This document shows positions 1-8,595 of a stretch of DNA of 64,000 bases, piece by piece. The first letter of the stretch is position 1. Every line of letters starts with the position of its first letter. A program made the translations under genes and the position numbers. Source of the stretch: an uncultured Chromatiaceae bacterium (GTDB taxonomy: Bacteria > Pseudomonadota > Gammaproteobacteria > Chromatiales > Chromatiaceae); assembly GCA_964583605.1 (NCBI GenBank), contig CAZOWL010000006.1, positions 14,976-78,975 on the forward strand, given 5' to 3'. The notes beneath the pieces are model-generated. The model was not told the DNA's origin, ran no database searches, and saw only the letters and a list, made by a program, of their open reading frames with translations.

Positions 1-70
1 TTGGTACGCCGGCTATGGCGGTCCGGCGGGCGATCCCAGAGGGGCTTGGCAACAAGGAGGTGCCCAAGGG

Positions 71-541
71 ATGGGCGGGCCTTACGGTCATCCGCAAACG
101 GCGGAGCCCTATGGGCCGGCTTACAGCCACGATTATTGGTCGGCGCATCCTGCGTCGATGGGGTACCCTGGCGGCGCGCCATGGGGTGCTTCGCCCGGGT
201 ACTACGGCAGTCCGTACCCCTATCCCTACTCGGCCTACCCGCATGGACCGCAGGGGCCTGGGCAGGCCGGCGCGCACGCCCGTCATGGCGCCGGTATGGC
301 GGACCTGATGGAGGAGATCGCGAAGGGCGGAAACGGCCTATCCAGTCTCTCCAAGATGCTAAGTCTCGACGACTCGGAGTTCTGGAAGGGGGCTCTGGTG
401 GGAGCCGCGGCGGTCCTGTTACTGACGAACGAGTCAGTGCAGGAGGTGCTCTTCAAGACGGGTGCCCGAGCGAAGCAGGCCGTAAAGGCCGGCATCGACA
501 AGGCCAAGGGGACCAGCAGCGAGGCGCCGACCGATGAGTGA
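71..541 (+). CDS. Small Pro/Gly/Tyr-rich membrane protein (paralog of 1228-1656), first visible gene of the fez-like cluster
   Basis: ATG preceded by AAGGAGG. The N-terminal ~75 aa are almost only P/G/Y/S/A/H (GYPGGAPWGASPGYYGSPYPYPYSAYPHGPQGPG). The C-terminal part has one hydrophobic helix with the motif FWKGALVGAAAVLLLTNESVQ, shared with the 1228-1656 product. Confidence 0.7.
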   Translation: MGGPYGHPQTAEPYGPAYSHDYWSAHPASMGYPGGAPWGASPGYYGSPYPYPYSAYPHGPQGPGQAGAHARHGAGMADLMEEIAKGGNGLSSLSKMLSLDDSEFWKGALVGAAAVLLLTNESVQEVLFKTGARAKQAVKAGIDKAKGTSSEAPTDE

Positions 542-923
542 CCGATACGAATACCCAGTGCCCCATCAAGCCCTGGTGGCCTATCCCGCCGTGCCGCCGG
601 CGCCCGGCTATGCGGTGGCCGACAATTCTTGCAGCACGTTGGTGCGCCTGGCCACCGTCGGTGCCATCGTCGGTGGCTCGGCTGCCGCCGCCTCGAACCT
701 GGCGCGGATGCAGCGCGCTGAGATCACCGTGAATCAAGTGCTGGCCGACACGACCAAGACGGCTGTTTCGAGCGCACTCGCGACCGCGGTGGCCGGCGCT
801 GTCGCCGGCGCCGTAGCCGAGCAGGGACTGGTGCGGCTCGGGGTGATGTTTGCCACCGGTGCGGCCGTACTCTATGCGCTCGAGCGGCGCTCGGTGCGCA
901 AGGAGGACGAGACGGGTGTCTGA
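534..923 (+). CDS. MamC-like small two-TM membrane protein
   Basis: The ATG overlaps the previous stop (ATGAGTGA). Two Ala/Gly-rich hydrophobic segments are separated by a polar loop. It is collinear with my recollection of magnetosome MamC/Mms13 (VGG-AA-A-N...IT...DT-K...LATA...GLV...LG...YA). Confidence 0.65.
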   Translation: MSDRYEYPVPHQALVAYPAVPPAPGYAVADNSCSTLVRLATVGAIVGGSAAAASNLARMQRAEITVNQVLADTTKTAVSSALATAVAGAVAGAVAEQGLVRLGVMFATGAAVLYALERRSVRKEDETGV

Positions 924-1113
924 TCACCGCCAACGCCAGCGTCACGGCGCAACCAAGAATCTCGCCGAGGGCATCGGCGGGGCGATCGTCGGGAGCGCCC
1001 TGGTCCTGCTTCTGCGGCAGCTGCTGCGGTCACGTGGGCAGAAGAGCGAGCCGAAGTCTGGACACCATGATGAGCCCTTGTCGAGCCCCCCGGCCGAGCA
1101 AGGACCCGCATGA
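916..1113 (+). CDS. Small single-TM protein (65 aa)
   Basis: In-frame GTG at 916 lies 9 nt after AGGAGGA (901-907) and overlaps the upstream stop (GTGTCTGA). One hydrophobic helix (GIGGAIVGSALVLLLRQLL) is followed by a charged tail. The track ORF 850-1113 is the same frame with an earlier, unsupported start. Confidence 0.5.
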   Translation: MSDHRQRQRHGATKNLAEGIGGAIVGSALVLLLRQLLRSRGQKSEPKSGHHDEPLSSPPAEQGPA

Positions 1114-1227
1114 AGGGCGGTTCCGGCATTGCCGTCGCGGCAGTCGGCCCGAACAGGCGCTGGCGCGCCGAGGAGGTCGCCCGGCGTATCGGCTTACCAT
1201 CTGACGCAACGCTACCAGGAGAGAACC

Positions 1228-1656
1228 TTGAGCAGTCATTACTTGCCGCACCCCTATTCTGGCTCCACGCCGTTTGATCCGAGGCCGATGGGCCAAGCTG
1301 GGTATGCCCCGGGTCACCCGAGTTACGGCTACCCCCAGCCGGGTGCGGGGTGGTATGGGGCGTCGCAGCCAGGACAGTATCCCGGCTATCATCAGTCGCA
1401 ATGGGCCTACCCCGCACGCGGGTCGGCCCCGTTCTTCAATTTTGCCAACGATCGCTTCGTCAAAGGGCTCTTGATCGGCGCCGCCGCGACCTACTTGGTG
1501 ACCAATGAGAGCGTCCAGCGTGCGCTGATCAAAGGGGTCGTGAAGACCTGGTCGATGCTGCAGGGCGGTGTCGAGGAGATCAGGGAGCGCTTCCACGACG
1601 CGGAAGCCGAGCTGCACCATGATTCCGGGCGCCGTGGTGCACCGAAGGATGACTAG
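1228..1656 (+). CDS. Small Pro/Gly/Tyr-rich membrane protein (paralog of 71-541)
   Basis: In-frame TTG at 1228 lies 5 nt after AGGAGAG. The N-terminus is P/G/Y-rich (GYAPGHPSYGYPQPGAGWYGASQPGQYPGY). It has the conserved helix FVKGLLIGAAATYLVTNESVQ. Confidence 0.65.
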   Translation: MSSHYLPHPYSGSTPFDPRPMGQAGYAPGHPSYGYPQPGAGWYGASQPGQYPGYHQSQWAYPARGSAPFFNFANDRFVKGLLIGAAATYLVTNESVQRALIKGVVKTWSMLQGGVEEIRERFHDAEAELHHDSGRRGAPKDD

Positions 1657-1793
1657 CCCGGGATAGACCGCCGGGCGGTGCGACGCCCAGCGGGGCGTCG
1701 GCGCGCCAAAGACGATCCTCTCTCCCGCGGTGCTCGGTCCTCTCTGGCGATGACTGAGCGCCCGCTGTCTAAATCCTGCGCGGAACGAGTCTC

Positions 1794-3914
1794 TTGTCGG
1801 TTCCCGGCTACCAGATTTTGCACGAGCTTCCCGGCCGCCTGCGGTTGCGGGTCCCAGCTCTTGGGCAACCCGGCTTCGCCGCATCGTCCGTTGAGGCTTG
1901 GTTCGATCACATCGCGGGTGTGGAAGGCGTGCGCGTCAACGGGCCAGCGCGCAGCCTGGTCGTCGACTACAGACCCGATCGGGTCTCGCGCGCCGAGCTC
2001 CTGCGCCGGCTCGAGGCCTACAAGCCGCCCGTAACGTCTGGCGCTGCGGCCCTCGACATCACGGATGCCGAGGTCACACCCTTGGCGCGCGCGATCCTGA
2101 CGCTGGTGATCTTGCCGTTCCTGCCGCGGCCGGCTCAGCATGTGGCGACGCTGATCAACATCGGCGGCACACTCCTCAAAGGGCTGGATACCCTGATCCA
2201 TCGCGGCATCAAGGTCGAGGTCCTCGATGCCGTGGCCGTGGGGCTATCGGCGGGCCGTGGCAAGCTCTACACCGCCAATGTCACGGATTTGCTGCTCACC
2301 ACGGGGACCTATCTGGAGCAGCGTACCGAGCGGCAGTCCGATCGCCTTTTGCGCCGCCTGCTGCGTCCCGAGCCGGTATCGGCCTGGGTCGAGCGCGATG
2401 GCGAGCTGGTGCAGGTGGCCGGCGACGCGGTCTGCGAAGGCGAGGTCGTGGTCGTCGGCGCCGGCGAGACGGTTCCGGTCGACGGGCGTGTCGTCGACGG
2501 CGTGGCGCTCGTCAACCAGGCCGCCGTCACGGGTGAGGATGTCCCCGTGGCCAAAGAGGCCCCGCGCCGCGTGATCTCAGGCTCGGTCCTCGTCGAGGGA
2601 CGGCTGCGGATCGAGGCGATTCAAGTCGGCGAGGAGACGACAACGGCGCGCGTGGCGCGCTTCATCCAAGAATCGCTGGCCAAGCAGTCAGCAACCCAGC
2701 GAACGGCCGACGAGCTGGCCGAGAAGCGCGTCTATGTCACGCTCGGCACGGGGGCATTGGTCTACGGCCTCACGCGGGATCTAACGCGCCTGCAGTCGGT
2801 CTTTCTCGTCGATTACTCGTGCGCATTGAAGCTTGGCACCCCCGTTGCATTTAAGGCGGGGCTGTATCAGGCCGCGCGCCACGGCATCCTGATCAAGGGT
2901 GGCGAGGCAATGGAGCACCTGGCAGGGGTCGATACGCTGATCTTCGACAAGACTGGCACCCTGACCCACAGCGAGCTGGCTGTCAGCGATGTGGTGCTGC
3001 TCGACGGGCAAGGCACCGAGTCGGAGGCAGATCTGCTGGCCTTGGTCGCCTCCGTCGAAGAGCACGCCAGCCACCCGGTGGCGCGCGCCGTGGTCGAGGC
3101 GGCCAAGGAGCGGGATCTCCAGCACATCTCCCACGGCGAGGTCGATTACCTCGTGGCCCATGGCCTCTCGGCCGAGATCCGGGCTGGGCGCATCGTCATC
3201 GGCAGCCGTCACTACCTCGAAGAGCATGCCGGCGTTCGGTTCGCCCGCTATGAGGGCGAGATCCGGCGGCTAGAGGAGGCCGGCAAGACACTTCTCTTCG
3301 TGGGCGACGAGCGCGGCCCGCTGGGGTTGATTGCATTGCGCGATACGCTCCGCGAGGAGGCGCCGGACACGCTGACTCGGCTGCGGTCGCTCGGCATCGA
3401 ACGATTGATCATGATCTCTGGGGATCGCCGCGAGAAGGCCGAGGCGCTGGGCGCCGAGCTCGGTTTCGATCGGGTCTTCGCCGAGATCGAGCCCGAGGGC
3501 AAGGCCGAGCTGATCCGGCGCTATCAGCAGGAAGGTCGCCGGGTGGGATTCGTTGGCGACGGCATCAACGATGGCCCCGCGCTAGTCGTCGCCGACGTCG
3601 GGATCGCGATGCCGCGTGGTGCCGATATCGCTCGCGCAACGGCCGATATCGTCCTGATGGATGATCGGCTCGGCGGGGTCGCCGACGCCCGCGAGGTCGC
3701 CGCCGGCACGATGGGCTTGATCCGCAACAACTTCAACCTGGCGGTCGGCGTCAACAGCGGGATCTTGGTTGGAGCCGTGCTCGGCTGGTTGTCGCCGGTC
3801 GCCAGTGCGCTGTTGCATAACGGCACGACGATCGGGATCCTACTCAATGCGCTGCGGGGCGTGCGCATCGGCGACGGCGCGGCCGCACCGACCGATGGCT
3901 TGTCCGAGAACTGA
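1794..3914 (+). CDS. Heavy-metal (P1B-type) P-type ATPase, P1B-6-like (FezB-like), with SCA transmembrane motif
   Basis: Motifs TGE (AAVTGEDVP), DKTGTLT and GDGINDGPAL are present. The TM metal-site motif is DYSCALKLGTP instead of CPC/SPC, and a late TM carries LHNGTT. The N-terminal ~75 aa look HMA-like (LPGRLRLRV...VEGVRVN) but contain no Cys. TTG start. Confidence 0.9.
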   Translation: MSVPGYQILHELPGRLRLRVPALGQPGFAASSVEAWFDHIAGVEGVRVNGPARSLVVDYRPDRVSRAELLRRLEAYKPPVTSGAAALDITDAEVTPLARAILTLVILPFLPRPAQHVATLINIGGTLLKGLDTLIHRGIKVEVLDAVAVGLSAGRGKLYTANVTDLLLTTGTYLEQRTERQSDRLLRRLLRPEPVSAWVERDGELVQVAGDAVCEGEVVVVGAGETVPVDGRVVDGVALVNQAAVTGEDVPVAKEAPRRVISGSVLVEGRLRIEAIQVGEETTTARVARFIQESLAKQSATQRTADELAEKRVYVTLGTGALVYGLTRDLTRLQSVFLVDYSCALKLGTPVAFKAGLYQAARHGILIKGGEAMEHLAGVDTLIFDKTGTLTHSELAVSDVVLLDGQGTESEADLLALVASVEEHASHPVARAVVEAAKERDLQHISHGEVDYLVAHGLSAEIRAGRIVIGSRHYLEEHAGVRFARYEGEIRRLEEAGKTLLFVGDERGPLGLIALRDTLREEAPDTLTRLRSLGIERLIMISGDRREKAEALGAELGFDRVFAEIEPEGKAELIRRYQQEGRRVGFVGDGINDGPALVVADVGIAMPRGADIARATADIVLMDDRLGGVADAREVAAGTMGLIRNNFNLAVGVNSGILVGAVLGWLSPVASALLHNGTTIGILLNALRGVRIGDGAAAPTDGLSEN

Positions 3915-4026
3915 CGCGCCGCTTCGCTCTCCCGTTCAACCTTGCTGGGAGTGAGGGGGCTGGCAGTGAGCGGCACGGCGGGGTCGGTGCGCGCTGGTCG
4001 CGCGCGGCCCGCACCGCGCGGTTTGC

Positions 4027-4434
4027 TCAAGCGCCCGCGGCTGTCTCCTTCTGACCGTAGCGATGACGGTACTGATGGCCGCAGCGATGCCGAGCGAGGT
4101 CGCGGATCGGGGCACCAAAGAAGGCCAGCACCGTCAGATCCTCAGTCACGTCGAAGAAGGCGTGGTTGCACGCGGCGCGCACGTACATCAAGGTACCCTT
4201 GCCAACCTGGTGCTCAGTCTCGCCGATACGCAGTTGCGCCTGGCCCTCCAGGACCAGATAGAGCTCGTCCTCCTCATGTGCGCTGGCCATGTCCTTCGAG
4301 CCGGCAGGGAGGTGGTAGATCGAGCAGGACAGCGACGGCGTGCGGAGGAACTCTCGAAAAGAGAGAGTATTGGGCTCCACATCGCCGACAAGCTCATCCA
4401 GTTGGAAGACGAGCCAATCTGATTCACTCATCAT
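4027..4434 (-). CDS. Cupin-domain protein
   Basis: Cupin-like core: HLPAGSKDMASAHEEDELYLVLEGQAQLRIGETEHQVGKGTLMYVRAACNHAF. Start placed at MMSESD; the upstream part of the track ORF looks non-coding. Confidence 0.7.
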   Translation of the reverse strand: MMSESDWLVFQLDELVGDVEPNTLSFREFLRTPSLSCSIYHLPAGSKDMASAHEEDELYLVLEGQAQLRIGETEHQVGKGTLMYVRAACNHAFFDVTEDLTVLAFFGAPIRDLARHRCGHQYRHRYGQKETAAGA

Positions 4435-4646
4435 TCGAGCGCCCCCTGCGCGATACGCATTGATGCCCAGACCGTCTTGGACGACCATTGCCCGCAACGA
4501 TAGCAGGGACGAACAAGCGACGCAACTGAGAAACAATCGCAGACTTTGTGTAGGGCAGGGCGCCTACGCTGGCCTCCGGCAACGGCAGGGCGGCACCCGC
4601 AGGTGCCGGTGGCCTCACAACCGGATGCTATGAGCTGGCGCGCGTC

Positions 4647-5840
4647 TTAGAACTGCGCGGTGAGGCGCAAGCCGAAGATCCAGCCGTCCGGGTTATCCTG
4701 CTCAGGGTCGATGTCGATGAGATCGTCGTCCATGTATTGGATGTCGGCCGTGATCGCCACGTGCTCATTGAGCACGGCGCGATAGTAGGCCTCGAAGACC
4801 TGCGTCTCGTCGACGTCCCCGTTCCCGCCTTCGAGATAAGCATAGCCGATGCCGATATTGTCCTCTTCGCGACGCCAGCCGTTGCCGCTGAAGTTGAGGC
4901 CACCCGAATAGAGTGCCTTGTAGTCGACGGCCGCGTCATCTTCCTGCCAGGTGAAACGGAGAAAGCCGCCCACGACATCACCGAACGCCTGGTCGAAGGA
5001 TAAGCCATAGCTGAGCAGTCCCTCTTCCTCCTCCCCTGTGGGATCGAGGAAGTCCGAGGACGTCCCGGATATCGTCAGGCGGTAGTTGCCGGGCCCCATG
5101 CTGGTCTCCGGATGGTACCCGACCTCGGCGCCCCAGAAGTTGTAGTTGTTCCCATCGTCGTTCTCACCGATGTTCATGCCTAGGCCAATCAACGTCCACT
5201 CCCCGTACTCCCATTCCAGCGCCGCGCCGGCGTCGTATGAGGGCAGATTGTAGTTACCCGCGTTCACGAACGCCTCGTTCATGAACTGGGTGTACTCGTC
5301 GTTGGCATACTCGTTGCCGTCGATGTAGGCGGTCGAATCGATAATGCCGATCGTTCCACCCAGCGCGCTGCCGTTGCCAAAACTATGTGTGTACTTGTAC
5401 CAGGCCGTGAGTAGGTAATCGCGGCCACGCCCGTTGATGTCTTCGACATCATCCTCGAGATCAGCGGCCCAAGGGGCGAGCCTCCAGGGCGAGACGTCAT
5501 TGAGCGCGTTGTCGACAGCCCAGCCGAGCAGGACGAAGAATTCGTTGGAATCGTTCGGGTGGTAGCTGATCTCCAGCTGGAAGGGCATCCCTCCGCGGCA
5601 CTCGTCGCTGAACTTGTCAAGGCTCGTGTCGAGCTCCTGCGGGTTGCTCCCCTCGATGACCTCTCCATAACTCGCCGATGGCAGCAAGGCCGACATGTTC
5701 TGGCATTGGCCCGTGGGGGCCAGGATGCCGCCGATGGATAACTGGTCGTTGACATCGAAGGCCACAGCCGGGAGGGCCGCGGTGACGGCTGTGGCGAGCA
5801 CGGCCAGTCTCGTGGCAGGACGGTATGGTTGGGGACGCAC
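4647..5840 (-). CDS. Outer-membrane beta-barrel porin, OprB/carbohydrate-porin-like
   Basis: Signal peptide (LAVLATAVTAALPAVA), a Gly/Tyr/Asn/Asp-rich alternating pattern, the C-terminal block EAYYRAVLNEHVAITADIQYM and a terminal ...RLTAQF aromatic residue. Confidence 0.7.
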   Translation of the reverse strand: MRPQPYRPATRLAVLATAVTAALPAVAFDVNDQLSIGGILAPTGQCQNMSALLPSASYGEVIEGSNPQELDTSLDKFSDECRGGMPFQLEISYHPNDSNEFFVLLGWAVDNALNDVSPWRLAPWAADLEDDVEDINGRGRDYLLTAWYKYTHSFGNGSALGGTIGIIDSTAYIDGNEYANDEYTQFMNEAFVNAGNYNLPSYDAGAALEWEYGEWTLIGLGMNIGENDDGNNYNFWGAEVGYHPETSMGPGNYRLTISGTSSDFLDPTGEEEEGLLSYGLSFDQAFGDVVGGFLRFTWQEDDAAVDYKALYSGGLNFSGNGWRREEDNIGIGYAYLEGGNGDVDETQVFEAYYRAVLNEHVAITADIQYMDDDLIDIDPEQDNPDGWIFGLRLTAQF

Positions 5841-5861
5841 TGGCTGAATTCTCCTATTGAT

Positions 5862-5926
5862 ATCGTTCCCTTACCCCCACCATTCTCCCAAATGGCGAGG
5901 GCGCGAACGTGCTTTGCGAATTTCAT
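5862..5926 (+). repeat. Partial, degenerate copy of the MITE-like repeat (second hairpin and tail only)
   Basis: ATCGTTCCCTTACCCCCACCATTCTCCCAAATGGCGAGGGCGCGAACGTGCTTTGCGAATTTCAT aligns with the 3' half of the repeat consensus. Confidence 0.7.
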
Positions 5927-6445
5927 CCTGGGCTCATCTGTGCTCTCTGGAATGGAAAGCTGCCGCCCGGGCTTCGCGCGCAGGGCTAAGAGCGTTTGCG
6001 CGAATAGGTCGTATTTATATTACATTTAGCTTTTGTTGTAAAGGCGGCTCCCTGTACCATCTTGGGCACATAGCGTAGGAAGCCGTGCACAAGACGTGTG
6101 GTGCGTTTGGTGCTTAGGCGACAGCCAAACCCTCGCTGGCCGGATAGGGGGCGCAGACTATCCGGGCCGCATGACGGCCGGGCGGACAAAGCCATCGACC
6201 CTGCGTTGGTGCGCCATCGACACGACGCGGCACACTGTGGCCGGCCAGAGGCGGGAGCGGTCCAGGGGGAAGGAGCAGGACGAAGATCAGATTCGGCTTC
6301 AGGCCACTGGAGCGGCCAGACCACGGGGACGGCTCAATGAAGCCGCGAGCGCCTGGGGGCTGCAACGAGGCGAGCACTGCTTCGCAGCGCGTCGCCCGCC
6401 CGCGCCTGGCCAGTGAGGCCAGCGCGTGGGCAGGTCGGCGGCAGG

Positions 6446-7888
6446 TCAGGCCGGTTGCTCGAAGTGTCGTGACCATTGGCCGATCATGGCCCGGATGTGT
6501 GCTCCGTGTCTTTCGAGCAACGAGCCGGAGACGATGGTGGCGACACCGAGAAGGACGAGTGCGGTCCAGCCGCCGATCGTGAAGTCGGCCAGCGCGGCGT
6601 GGGCCATGACCCCGAGGCCGCTCAACGCGCCAATCAGGCCGACCGCGAAGACGCCGCGGCGCTTCGTGCCAAAACCGTAGGCCAGAATCAGCAGGCCGAC
6701 ACCCAGGCATACCAGGGCGTTGAAGAAGCCGCCCCAGAGCGACAGGTTGACGAGCATCGTCAGGCCGGCCGTCAACGCCGCAGCCCCCTCGTATCGACCC
6801 GAGCGCGCCCCGCTCTGGCGGGCCATATCCAGCAGGAGCAGCGTGAAGAGGCCCATCGCGAGCGGCAGGATCGCGACATCGGCCAACCCATCGAGCTCGG
6901 CTAGGGTCGCGAAGAGGAACAGCGTGCTCGATCCCGCGAGCAGCACAGCCATGGCCTCGAGCAGGCCTGACCGAGGCCTCTCTGGGCCGTGGTCGTGCGC
7001 GCTGAGCGCCAGCCTGGCCGCCAGGTAACCGACTAGCGACAGCGTCGCAAAGAACAGCGTGTCCGGGGCCCAGAGCCAGAGGCTGCGGCCGGCGATCACG
7101 AGGAGGGGGAGTGTCAGCACTGCACGGGCGAAGCGCCCCTCAGGCGTCGCCAGCGTCGCTTCGCCGCGACGCAGCCTCAGGATGCCCAACGCGAGCGCGC
7201 CGGCCAAGACCAGCAGCACGGCAGAGATGACCAGGTCATCCCGCGTTGGCAGCAGTAGCGCCGCATTGGCGAGCAGATAGAGCCCCGTCAGCGCGCCGGC
7301 CGATCGCCTGGCCATCACCAAAAACCCGATCCAGATCGCTCCGGCCAGGATCGCCGTCGCGGCGCCGGTCAGCATCAGCGCCGGGCCGAAGGCCAGAGTG
7401 TGGTCCAGGCTCGGTTGCCACAACGTGGCAGCGGCATCGAGCGTCCGCGGGGCATCCCAGGTCAGGTGCGGATAGGTCACGCCGCCGAGGAAGGCGAAGC
7501 TGACCGGCACCGCGGCCAGCGCCAGCGCTATGAAGAGTCGTGCACCCTTGGCCTCGCGCAGGACATGGCCGCTGGCGAAGCCCGCCATCGTCAGGACGAC
7601 CGTGTGGATGAGTAATAGAAGGCACCGCGTCAGGTCATCCCCGTCGCGCCAGCCCTGGAAGAGATACATGATGAAGGCCGCGACGATGACCAGGGCCCCG
7701 AGCCCATGGAGCAGGCGTGACAGCGTCAGGCCGTTAGGTCGATGCGCAGCCGATGCACTACTGCCCTCGGCCCCATCTTCACTGGGTGGTCGAGACGGCT
7801 CTCCCGGAAGACCGCGCGGCCAGTCCGCGTCGAGATCGAGCTTCAGTTCCAGTTCGCGGACATCGGCGGGTATCGCGTTAGTGCTCAT
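6446..7888 (-). CDS. Polytopic inner-membrane protein of unknown function (~11-12 TM helices)
   Basis: 480 aa with a charged N-terminus followed by a continuous series of hydrophobic helices. Its start overlaps the stop of the PspA-like gene by 11 nt. Confidence 0.75.
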   Translation of the reverse strand: MSTNAIPADVRELELKLDLDADWPRGLPGEPSRPPSEDGAEGSSASAAHRPNGLTLSRLLHGLGALVIVAAFIMYLFQGWRDGDDLTRCLLLLIHTVVLTMAGFASGHVLREAKGARLFIALALAAVPVSFAFLGGVTYPHLTWDAPRTLDAAATLWQPSLDHTLAFGPALMLTGAATAILAGAIWIGFLVMARRSAGALTGLYLLANAALLLPTRDDLVISAVLLVLAGALALGILRLRRGEATLATPEGRFARAVLTLPLLVIAGRSLWLWAPDTLFFATLSLVGYLAARLALSAHDHGPERPRSGLLEAMAVLLAGSSTLFLFATLAELDGLADVAILPLAMGLFTLLLLDMARQSGARSGRYEGAAALTAGLTMLVNLSLWGGFFNALVCLGVGLLILAYGFGTKRRGVFAVGLIGALSGLGVMAHAALADFTIGGWTALVLLGVATIVSGSLLERHGAHIRAMIGQWSRHFEQPA

Positions 7889-8555
7889 CGCAACCTCCTC
7901 CTGCCTGGCCCGGGGCCTGCTGTGCGCGGGCCTTGAGGGCCGCTAGCTCAGCGGACAGCCCGGCTCGTTCCTCATCGGCGACGAATGCGGACTCGAACGG
8001 GTCGCGCTGCGGTGTCGAGTCGCCGTCGAGCTCTGCCTCGACGACGTGCATCTCCCAGCGCTCGAAGGTCTCGTCCAGGTCTGGCTCGACGCCGGCGGCT
8101 GCGACGCGTACCTGGGCGGCCGCCTCCGCCGTCGCCTCGCGGCTGCGCAGCATGTGTCGGCGGTGCTCGAGTGTCAGAAGGCGTTGACGCAACGACTCAA
8201 CCTCGCGTGCCAGCTGCGTCTCGGTCTCGACGTGGTGACGCAGCGTCGCCTTGAGCGACTGCGCCTGCTCGCCTGCCTGCTTGTGCCGTCGTAGGCACTC
8301 CAGCGCCGTATCCTCCTGCGCGCTGTTGACGGCCCTGTCGCGCCACGCCGAGGACGCGGCGTCCAGCTCGGCGATCCGCGAGCGCAGCCGCTCGCCGTGC
8401 TGTCGCAATCGCATCAGTCGGACGCTGGCCCTAGCGTAGGCGCGGCGTCTCTCGCGGATGCCTGCCTCGACGACCGCATCATGGTTCTCGAGCTCTCCGA
8501 CCAACCTGTCGACCCGGGCCGACAGTGACGTCGTAATACGTTTCAGAAATGCCAC
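7878..8555 (-). CDS. PspA/IM30-family protein
   Basis: Coiled-coil protein collinear with PspA (AFLKRITTSLSARVDRLVGELENHDAVVEAGIRE ... FERWEMHVVEAELD). GTG start at 8555 lies 5 nt after AGGAGGAG; the track ATG at 8600 has no RBS. Confidence 0.8.
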   Translation of the reverse strand: MAFLKRITTSLSARVDRLVGELENHDAVVEAGIRERRRAYARASVRLMRLRQHGERLRSRIAELDAASSAWRDRAVNSAQEDTALECLRRHKQAGEQAQSLKATLRHHVETETQLAREVESLRQRLLTLEHRRHMLRSREATAEAAAQVRVAAAGVEPDLDETFERWEMHVVEAELDGDSTPQRDPFESAFVADEERAGLSAELAALKARAQQAPGQAGGGCDEH

Positions 8556-8595
8556 CGAATGCTCCTCCTGCTTCAGAGTTTGGCATCCCATCAAC

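Noticed and set aside
850-1113. 87-aa track ORF overlapping the 3' end of the MamC-like gene.
   Set aside because: Its first 22 codons overlap the MamC-like gene in another frame. An in-frame GTG at 916 with an AGGAGGA RBS and stop/start overlap gives a cleaner 65-aa single-TM product, which is what I annotated.
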